From assembly GCA_951406725.2 (NCBI GenBank), contig OX597816.1, positions 96,410,001-96,474,000 of the forward strand: a DNA stretch of 64,000 nucleotides, written 5' to 3'. Each line of letters opens with the position of its first letter. Positions within the stretch are counted from its first letter, which is position 1. The translations under genes were made by a program, and so were the position numbers. Source of the DNA: Octopus vulgaris. Taxonomy: Eukaryota. The notes below the pieces were generated by a model. It did no database searches. It was given only the letters and a program-made list of their open reading frames with translations, and was not told the origin of the DNA. This document shows positions 54,401 through 64,000 of the stretch, piece after piece.

Positions 54401-56399
54401 GTTATCTTCTACACTAACGTCTGCGTTTGACTGGCCACATTTCTTGTAATACCATCGCCGTCTTTTATTCATCTAGTAATCCGGCTCGGAATCAGATCGA
54501 AGGCCTCTTAACAGAACACTAGATCCAGTGAACCACAGTACTGAATATACCGTATCTACTATTCTAAGTAGAGCTTGTTCAAATTAACGCGTGCTTCAGC
54601 TATTACTTCATAATAGTTCAGCAGAGTGTCTCACCATTCGGTCACTGCCATGTTAGACACATTCATGGTGACATCAGCCATATTTGCCAGCAAGGCCTTT
54701 CGATTCTCAGTTCGTTTGTCTGGCACTCAACACCTATGACTTCTTCAGTAACCGTTTATTGCCAAAATGTAGTGGGGAAATGAGAAAGTGACTCTGAGAT
54801 GGACTGAGTATACAATTCGAAATTTCTTATATGTAGCTTTTTAGTCTGATCACGGAGTAGACGTTCTTTTACAGTAATACAGTCTAGTTTCTTAACGGGA
54901 CTGAAGTATATTGTACTGAGATCATTAATAGGTTTTGATGCAGATGGTGCTGATTACTTTGGATTGTTGCGAAAGGATCAGACACACCGAAGCTGTAAAC
55001 GAATTTTAGTAGTCGCATGCACTGTTATAAATCATGTAATATAGAGACTTATGATTTATGGAGACATATGATTTAATATGTAATATAAATCATGTAATAT
55101 GCCAAGAATCACATAAGTTTCCCTGCCACCTGCCATGCTATAGATGACAAGTACCAGGCTATTTTATGATTTATTTGGTCAAGCTAAAATTATTAATGAT
55201 GTGTCTCCTTTGGTTAAAGCCTTCCATATCAGCACCCCCTACTTCGTGGATTACATGGCTGAGAATACTCCAAGTTTATAAACGGTACTGATACTCTTCC
55301 GCCTATAGATGATTGAACAAGTTAGGTATGTAGCCATGCATATCGTAGGTAAATTATCTAATGCAAGTGGATTGCATCGCACCAGATTATTTACAGCCAG
55401 GTATATCCCAATAGGTTCATTCTAATTTTCGCAACATTCGCACATTCTGTCAAGAGCTGCAAGAGCCCATCGTATTAGGCGCTAAGGATTTACAATCTGC
55501 TACAACCATACAAATAATTAAGCTAAGTATTGCTGAAAAACACACATATCTCCCTGGAAATGCTAAGCATACCAACGCCGTGGTCCACTACAGACTTGAT
55601 TTTGATTACTGTGTCCTCCCTTGGCCCAAGTCACATTTTGAATCGCTTGTATTTCCTTGTTTTGCCACATTTCTCCAATTAAAGTTGGCCATGATGTTAA
55701 TGTGCTCTGCATTAATTGCCTAGTGTAAATAATGTTCACCTCTTCTTTGCTCTTGGTGAATTTTCTAGGATGTCAAACTTTTGAAAATTAACACTATTCA
55801 GTTGCTGCATGGGATCAATGTTGTAACTGGTTTTATTACGTTTCATCACGGTTGCAACCCGTAATCTAGGATAACAACTGCTTCTGACCGACTCCCTCGG
55901 CTTTTGATATGATAGAGAGTATAATGAAACCGACTTCAATACTGTGTAATATCAGGATAAAAATCGAATTCATGAGTTTGATATTCCAGAAATAGAAAAA
56001 TAAGGTGAATATCTTTAGGTTAAACGAATGAAGCTGAAATCTTTCAGGAGTTAATAACAGAAAGTGGGGAGGAGACAAATACACACTGATACAATCAGCA
56101 AGCCTTTACCAATATCATGGGCAAGAAGGATAGGAGATGTATATTTATTTATATTACAATGCCTACCGCAGCAACCAACTCAGAGAAATGAACCACATAT
56201 AAAATCCATGAAATTGAATTCAAAAGGTGTTTAGTATGAAGACCAAAATAATTCTTGGTTATCGTAATTCTAGGATTAAAAAAATGGAAATGGAAAAGTT
56301 CACTAATCGTAATCTAAGCAACAACAATATCTGCGCAGTCTAGGACATGCTCTAGTGGGAACAACCAGCATACAGTTCAGAGTCTACAAAACAACGAAC

Positions 56400-57230
56400 A
56401 CAATTAAAACAATAATAATAAAATCAAACAATAATAATGAAAGTTCCTCAGCAGGAGAGTAACCACCTGAAGTTGGCTCAATACCCCACGAATTCTGAAC
56501 CACTTGAAGTTTCCCCCTTTCCCTCTCAAACTCACTAGTCTACAGGCGCATTATTAGAGTAGGTCCGCTCACACGGGCCATTTTCGTACATTCACCCACC
56601 TTTTAGCAAAGGGAAGTGGTGAAGCACTTCCCTCTCAACCCTCATCTTCCTTTCCAAGTAGAATTTGAAACGGTTGACGTGGAATTGGCCGAAGAGAAAA
56701 GTGTCTGTCCTCAGTCCTTTCAACCTGGTCCACCAAACAACCACTTTCGCTACTGCTATCAGACGGAGACAAATTGCCTGCCCTTCCGGACAAATGGAAG
56801 ATGGCGGATCGATCTCCACTATGGACTCGGGCGATAGCCAGATCTGTCCTACGCGTGATAACAGCAGTTCAACATAACTCCACAAGTCAGTAATGCAAGG
56901 ACACTAGGCGAGTGCGTGCAGAACGGTTTCGTCTCTCTGCGCGCATCTCGGGCAGGTCCGTCTGACAGCACTTCCGTGCCTGTGGAGTTTATCTCAAACC
57001 GGCAGTGTTCTCCGGTAGCACTGCATTTCTAGGGATTTCTGGAAGTTATCCATTGTCTCCGGCTCGAAAGTCCTCCTAAACAGACTGGTAAGTTCGACTT
57101 CGTCGACGTCTAGCGTCTCTCCGAGTGCGTCATCGCACTTTCCCTCCACTAACCCTCTATAGAACTCGAGAGTGAATGTCCACTGACCGCATTGTTCGAC
57201 TGGTATTCGACTGCCATTTCTATCAACCAT
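56400..57230 (-). mobile_element. L1/Tx1-like LINE 3' fragment
   Basis: EFYRGLVEGKCDDALGETL..LFRRTF..MDNFQKSLEMQCYRRTLPV and LIAVAKVVVWWTRLKG. Nucleotide similarity to 17941-18270 (cgcactttccctccactaaccctctatagaa shared). Confidence 0.85.
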
Positions 57231-57477
57231 TTCTATCGCAAATCCTCACACATACGAACACTTGCTCTTCCCATTTTGCTTTTACATTATAGCTATAAAA
57301 TAATGAAAGCGTCAAAAAGCAGTGGAATAGCACGATACCATTAAATCTATAGTTAAGAAAAAATATGTAGTGGGGGAATTCCAATTACAGACTAGACGGG
57401 CTAATTTTAATCATAAAAAGAAATGGTCATCTGTTGACCATACTTGGGATTTAATTAACACTACAACACCAGTATAT

Positions 57478-57665
57478 TTTATTCGTTTTAGTCATTGGAC
57501 TGCGGTCATGCTGGGGCACCGCCTTGAAGAAGTTTTAGTCGAATAAATCGAACACAATACTTATTTTTTAAAGCCTGGTACTTATTCTATTGATCTCTTT
57601 TTTTCCAAACCACTAAGGACATAAACAAGCCAAAATAGTTGGGGTGAACAAATACAGACACAAAG

Positions 57666-57735
<70 letters not shown>

Positions 57736-57925
57736 ACACACACACACACATATACATACATACATAACACGATAGGCGTCTTTCAGTTTCCGTCTACCTA
57801 ATCCACTCACAAGGCTTTGATCGGCCCGAGATTATAGTAGAGGTCACCTGCCCAAGGTGCGACTTAATTCGACCGAACCTAAAACCATGCAGTCGAGAAG
57901 CAAGCTTCTTACCACACAGTCACGT
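57478..57925 (-). mobile_element. SINE family B copy (further copies at ~10445-10590, 11140-11280, 33920-34070, 44550-44700, 58340-58700)
   Basis: tttcagtttccgtctacctaatccactcacaaggctttg...gcccaaggtgc and other family motifs. Confidence 0.8.
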
Positions 57926-57929
57926 CAAT

Positions 57930-58260
57930 CTTCTTAGATATTGACCATTATCTAGTTTTAAACATGAGTAGTACGTAGAATAAGATTAACTAGTTCATAT
58001 GATATTTTCACAAAATGTTCTAATCCTATTCTTACCTTTGTGAGGAATGTACCAAAAACTATCAGCAAGACACTTTTCGCGAAATATTCTAATGAAGAGA
58101 TTCGTACTGCCGAATTTTATAATGTTGCTTTAAGCGGAAGCGTCCTCATTAATTATACTAAATGCATACCCAATACTTCTAATTCTAACAATGCTAGTTT
58201 AAGGGAAGTTAAATGGTTTAATCCACTGTTTATTTTAATATCGGTTCCTATATGAACTTT
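57930..58260 (+). mobile_element. Penelope-like element fragment (RT thumb/linker)
   Basis: RNVPKTISKTL..SNEEI..FYNVAL...REVKWFNPLF resembles the Penelope SNEEIF..YxxAL...IIWFNPP motif. Confidence 0.55.
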
Positions 58261-59284
58261 TTCTTTCACACTGAAAGTATAGAAACCTATTCAAATGAAC
58301 ATTCCAAAGATCGAACCGGAGATGTACAAGTAATCGGTTCAGTAGTTAGGATGTGACCATGCTAGGGTATTGGCTTGGAGGTTTTGATCAAACAAATCGA
58401 TGCAAGTACTTATTTCTGTCAAGTTTGGTACTACTTCAATCGAAAGTTTTCGCCAAACGGCCAGGTTACGAGGATGTAATGAAACCAACACTGGTGTGGT
58501 GGGGAGCATCACAAAGACACAAACAACTACATGTATAAGACAGGCTTCATTCAGTTTCCGTCTACTAAATTCACTCATGAGTTATTTTTTGGCCCAGGGC
58601 TGTAGTAGAAGATATTTGATCAAGGTGCCACACTGTTCAACTGAAAGAGAAATCATATGGTTGAGAAGCAAACTTCTTGTCACACAGCCACGCCTGCGCC
58701 TATCGAGGAGACCTTCCTAAAACGATGTAAGCCACACAGAAACATTACTAAATCGTATGTTTTACCACTTATCACTTTAAGAGCGTTTATGAATCGTTAC
58801 ATCATTATAAGCACTTCTGGGATATTTGTTGCCTGTACAGTCACAGTCATTTATTAAGTCACTCTATCATGTTCCTTTACATAATATACCAATTTCCACT
58901 TCAATCTTTATATATTCATGACTTCAGCAGTTTCACATTATTTTAAGATAAGACTTTTACTCTCGCTTTAAAATTGTTTTTTCAATAACCAGAACAGCCT
59001 CTTGTAAAAACGTATTCAATTTTATCATTCCTAGACTGCAAAATAACTCATTTCAATGACCAATATTAATATATCGCTACAATGCTTACCTTAGTATCAT
59101 TCATGGCCTACGCAACACCTATATTTATCCACTATACCTTTTGGATATTCGAAATGTTGAGCCGTTCCACTTTGTCGTATGGTAATTATTCAAGAAATAT
59201 TGAATATAAAGCTTCATGACACGACATATAATAGTTAAAAGCAATGGCATATATACATTTATATGTACATTTTTCTCTCTATAT

Positions 59285-59361
<77 letters not shown>

Positions 59362-59363
59362 GT

Positions 59364-59489
59364 TACATTACTGGTAGTCTCTCTTTCAGATGCCGAATAT
59401 CCAACACATCTCTTCGGTTATCTGGCTATTAAAATAGCCAGATAACCGAAGAGATATCTAAAGATATATCTTGACTACCGAGTAATGTA
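59364..59489. mobile_element. Small MITE-like element with internal perfect hairpin
   Basis: TIRs tacattactggtagtc / gactaccgagtaatgta. Internal 23-bp perfect palindrome at 59408-59455. Sits in a TA-rich tract. Confidence 0.6.
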
Positions 59490-59551
59490 CATATTATATA
59501 GATACATATTTACATAATATTAGGTCTCTTTCTTTCTTTTGTTATCTTACC

Positions 59552-59600
<49 letters not shown>

Positions 59601-59799
59601 GAAGAAGGGGAGATAATAAAGTAGATGATGATACCAAAATGAAGGTGCGCGTGCGAGTGTATGTGAGAGCATGTATGTGCGTGTGCATGCGTGTGCGTGC
59701 GTGTAGAAAGGGTATTGTGACATTGACGTGTGCGTGTGTGCATGTGTACACGTGTGGATGATGGCGTAGGTGCTGGAAAGTGGTCAGTGCTAGTGTGTG

Positions 59800-60260
59800 C
59801 GGGGTGGTGCGATGTGGTGTGGTGGTGTGTGGTGTGTGGTGTGGTGGGTGGTGTGTGTGGTGGTGTGTAGTGTGGTGTGGTAGTGTGTGGTGGTGTGGTG
59901 TGGTGTGGTGTGGTGTGGTGTGGTGTGGTGTGGTGTGGTGTGGTAGTGTGTGGTGTGCGGTGTGGTGGTGTGTGATATGGTGGTGTGTGGTATGGTGGTG
60001 TTGGGGTGTTGGGAGCCGAGAGTGGGGGAAGCAAGGGTGGGGTCTAAGGGATGGGGTAGGTGGGATGGGATGTATAGGGATGGTGGGGTTGGAATATGTA
60101 GGGGTGGGGTGAAGAGAGAGCGGTGACGATGAAGGCAGAGTGTGGAAGGGAGAATGTGGGAAGGAGTGAAGAGAGGAAGTAAGCGCCAGAGCAAGAGAGG
60201 AGAGGTGGGTGGGATGAAGTAGGTGTGAGAGAAAGAGAGGAGAGAGGAGGAGGGTTAGAT
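59800..60260. repeat. (GTGTG/TGGTG)n pentanucleotide repeat and purine/G-rich tract
   Basis: Direct reading. Multiple GGG/GGGG runs at ~60000-60110. Confidence 0.9.
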
Positions 60261-60530
60261 GAAGAGGGGAAGAGAGTTGAGTTCATGTGGCGCAAAGGAG
60301 CAAAGAGAGAAGATTAATCCTTGCTCACGGCGAAGACGGAAGTCCGGATGGCCCCTGTGCAAGGACAATCCGAACACAGACAGATGTCGTAAAGAGTGAC
60401 GGGTAGAGCGGAAATGGTGAGAGACCGGAGTGTCGTTGCGTCCCGTTTTACCGATGTATAGAGAAGGGCAGAGAAATGCAGTAGATGTTGCTAGAAGTGA
60501 AGGTGAAGGAGTCAGTGATATGATAGGGTC
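60255..60530 (-). mobile_element. Penelope-like element GIY-YIG endonuclease fragment
   Basis: SLYIGKTGR..DTPVSHHFRSTRHSLRHLSVFGLSLH..RLRREQGLIFSLCSFAPHELN is a typical Penelope GIY-YIG C-terminus with an internal deletion. Confidence 0.75.
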
Positions 60531-61199
60531 GATGTATGTATGTATGTATGTATGTATGTATGTATGTATGTATGTATGTATGTATGTATGTATGTGTGTA
60601 TGTATGTATGTATGCACGCATGTATGCGTGTATGTATGTACCTTTCATTACACAGGTCAATAATTGAAATTTAAAGAATCCATATAATTGCAAAATCTAG
60701 AATTGGTATGTTCACTTTTGTCTTGTCATTCTATAAACGCTGCTTAGCCCAAAGAAGTGGAAGAAAAGCGTCACTCAGTTATGGATTTAATTTAAATGGA
60801 ATAGTAAACAACTTCATCATCAGATATTCGATTCTCAGAAAGAAATCTAGAAACCGATTTTCAGTTCTATACTACTACAATACACATACGCTCCTTTTCT
60901 TTCTCTTTCCCTCTGTTTCTCTCTCTTTCACTTTCTCACCCCCGCATATGTGTGCACATGTGCATAATATATTGAAAATGGGAAGGATGGCTTCCCTTTG
61001 CAAATACTGATAGGGCACTGAAAGTGTGTCAATAGCCAGCTGGAGGAGGTGTCCTCCTGGGGCTACAAGCTACAGTAGCATCCACCCTTAAGGGTTAGCC
61101 ACATTTAAGTGGCATATGTACTTCACGATATATGTGTATATATATATATATATATATAGACAGAGAGAGAGAGAGAGAGACAGACAGAGACGGTGAGGA

Positions 61200-61415
61200 A
61201 AGATGGCTGAGGAGAGCACAATTGTGGTTGGACAGGCGGGACAGGAGGAGGACAACTGCAGCAACTCCCCACACGTACCCATCGATGTTCGTGTGCAGCA
61301 ACTGTACCAAGGACTGCCACTCTAGAATTGGAGTTCAGTCACAGCAGAGCTGCTCATCATCAAAGTAGGCCCCACCCTTGGTGCAACCCATTGTCTATCA
61401 AGACAGACGGGAAAA
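61200..61415 (+). mobile_element. RTE/BovB-like LINE 3' end
   Basis: RRDRRR..FVCSNCTKDCHSRIGVQSQQSCS matches the C-terminal CxxCxxxCxSRIGLxSH zinc-finger-like motif of BovB-type RTEs. A short 3' UTR ends gacagacgg. Confidence 0.75.
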
Positions 61416-61426
61416 AGAAGAAAAGA

Positions 61427-61541
<115 letters not shown>

Positions 61542-61574
61542 ATTATGTATACATATATACATGTAAATAATATT

Positions 61575-61833
61575 AATATTTTATATGCATTAATCTTAGA
61601 AGCGATCGCCATAGATTCACTAAGAAAAATAGTTTAATATTGGGATATATAAGCCCTCGGCGAAAATAAAAAGGGGATTTTTCTGTACACATGTGGCAGG
61701 AACCCACATCTTTAAATATTCATGATAAGAAAAATCTGCTTTTTTACGTCGAGGGCTTATATGCCCCAATATTAGACAATTTTGTTTGTCAATACACAGT
61801 GATCGCTTATAAGCTTTAAGCCTTTAAAATATT
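61575..61833. repeat. MITE-like foldback, ~95-bp imperfect arms
   Basis: cttagaagcgatcgc...taatattgggatatataagccctcggcg pairs with cgtcgagggcttatatgccccaatatta...gtgatcgcttataag. Confidence 0.7.
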
Positions 61834-62748
61834 ATTTCCAGAACTGTCACACGTTACAGCAGATATATATATATATATACATATATATCTATATACATAT
61901 ATGAGTATTATATACGTATGTATATGTGTTTGCGTTTGTGTTTTCAACTAAATGAACTAAAGAGAATCAAGGTATGTGAATCACATAAAAATCATATATT
62001 CTACAAAACGAACGCATTTGAACGCTTGAGAATAAATCCACGCCCTAGCAATTCATCGGAGAAATTGGTTAGAAGACGATTCTTTTATATATAACAGGTA
62101 TCGTGAACGGAGAAAAAGACAATGGTTACATTTAAAGAGAATTATCCATCCCCGCGCAAAATAAAAAAAAAAAAAACACACTTTCGCAACCACGCAACAC
62201 TACTGACACGGCGGCAGGATGCTTACAGTGAATAACCTCTGGGGACGTGGGTCACACCGGCAAGTTCTCTGTGGGCCCAAGCTTTGTCCGAAACTCTTAA
62301 ATTTCCTGCAAAGTCTCCCCAGATGAATGCAAGCTAATACTAAGATACCCAACAATCACCGACATTAAATTTTAATTGCAAAAGTGTAACACTCTGTAAG
62401 TAATCGTTAAAGCATATCTATTATGTATCTTCATACAAAGTTTGTGCAGAACTCAATAACCGTAATTTAAGACCACCTCATATACATAAATATATACAAA
62501 CATACAATAATACATACATACATACATACATACATACATACATACATACATACATACATACATACATACATACATACATGTATGCATACATACATGCATA
62601 CATACATACATACATGTATGCATACATACACAAACACTTATATACATAGAATGTATGTATATCAGATTATTATAGTTAATAGAAAGCATTGTGAAATAGA
62701 GTAATTGTGTTTAAGAAACCCACTTAAATGCAAGTATGGATATAAATG

Positions 62749-62886
62749 AGTGTAAACAGACGCAAAACCAATAGAAAACGAACAATGGTTTGCATCTTTA
62801 TTGGTTTTTAAATTCAAAATATTGAAATAGAAGGTAGAAATGTAAACCATTGTTCTGGTGCTTTTGGTTTTGATTCTGTTTACACT
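62749..62886. repeat. Imperfect inverted repeat (~47-bp arms)
   Basis: agtgtaaacagacgcaaaaccaa..gaacaatggtttgcat pairs with atgtaaaccattgttc..ttggttttgattctgtttacact. Confidence 0.7.
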
Positions 62887-63082
62887 TTATTTTCTAACTA
62901 CATTCTAGTGGATTAGTAATAGTAAAAATATAAAGAATAATATATCCAGAAAGAATTATGTATATACTGAAACACACATACACACACACACAGACACACA
63001 TATATACACATGTATATATATATAAATAAATAAATATATATATGATTACCTACATACACGCATATATATGCATTTATATATA

Positions 63083-63149
<67 letters not shown>

Positions 63150-63540
63150 ATATATATATATATATATATATTCGAGACCACGCGTTTCCCGACTCGTGAG
63201 TAGACTTTTCTTTAACTACAAATTATTTTCATAAATTTAAGCAAAACTACACACTCTTATGAGAGAGTATTTATTTATATATACACCCCATCAACACCTT
63301 CTGTTAACAAAAGGATCACCCACACAATAAAAAATAGAAAGAAAAATGAGAAGATAAGAAAGATAAAATTACTGCAAGCTCATAATTCAAATACAATCAC
63401 ATATTTCTCAGTATTCCAGCAAATATCCTGTACAATATATTCTATTCTACATACTTCTCCCTAAACAAAGAACACATTTTAAAAAAATAATCAACAAAAC
63501 AAACAAATAAAATAAAACTTAGTAAAAATTATCCACCGGA

Positions 63541-64000
63541 ATGGCTAGCCATCAAAAGTCAAAAAAAAAATTGGTCTGATAATGAAATTGATGTTCTTAT
63601 AAATACATGGCATTGCCTTACCCAAACGGAAAACATAGGTGCTTCGTGTCTGAACGAAATTGCTGAACGGACAGTTCATATTTTGCTAACTCGATCTGAA
63701 CAGCAGATACAAAATAAATTAAAGCAAATCGAAGTTGTTTTTAAATTAATTGATAAACACTTCGATAAACTGAGATGTGTTTTCTCTTCGAACACATCGC
63801 CGGCGCAACAACAACAACAACTTCCGCAGCATGAACAGCAACAACCTCAGCGGCAACAACAACAGCGGCAGCAACAACAACAGAATGAACCACTCCTTGA
63901 TTCATCTACAATCGACAATTTGTTAAACGAAACGATTGACCCCCCCCCCCAGTCACCGGGGTCTCACAGCAGGAAGCACCATCCCTTCCTTTTACTGCCC
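63541..64000 (+). CDS. Myb/SANT-like (trihelix/MSANTD-type) domain protein with Gln-rich region, 3'-truncated by window edge; apparent +1 frameshift in an A10 run
   Basis: Frame from 63569 is open to the window end: NWSDNEIDVLINTWHCLTQTENIGASCLNEIAERTVHILLTRSEQQIQNKLKQIEVVFKLIDKHFDKLRCVFSSNTSPAQQQQQLPQHEQQQPQRQQQQ... The W-x-D-x-E...L-I-x-x-W...EIA...RS-x-x-Q-x-x-x-K-L-K pattern fits Myb/SANT-like domains. ATG 63541 (MASHQKSKK) joins this frame if the A-run at 63561-63570 is 9 or 12 nt. Confidence 0.55.

Noticed and set aside
59555-60194. His/Thr/Pro-rich and Trp/Cys-rich ORFs
   Set aside because: Products of the (TGGTG)n pentanucleotide repeat.

Overview
AT-rich, microsatellite-saturated animal genomic DNA, most likely from an octopod cephalopod. 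This assignment is inferred from the tRNA-derived SINE families and a molluscan neuropeptide. The only confidently intact host coding sequence is a single-exon CDS (46225..47004, +) for an FxRIamide-family neuropeptide precursor: signal peptide, ten predicted C-terminally amidated F-x-R-I/L peptides, and one degenerate non-amidated copy. A strong splice acceptor precedes it, so a non-coding first exon lies upstream; a TATA+Inr candidate sits at about 29.05 kb. A Myb/SANT-like, Gln-rich reading frame missed by the ORF track runs off the right edge (63541..64000). The rest is transposon debris: a mariner and a near-full-length Tc1 with TIRs, HERO-, R4/Dong-, L1/Tx1-, RTE- and Penelope-like fragments, several MITE-like foldbacks and dozens of SINEs. 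Notable structures are SINE multimers sharing one recurrent junction inside a single TSD, a cluster of inverted SINEs and a foldback just upstream of the neuropeptide exon, and a pre-miRNA-like hairpin. Nearly all ORFs in the supplied track are microsatellite artefacts. Family assignments come from recalled motifs, not database searches, and repeat boundaries are approximate.
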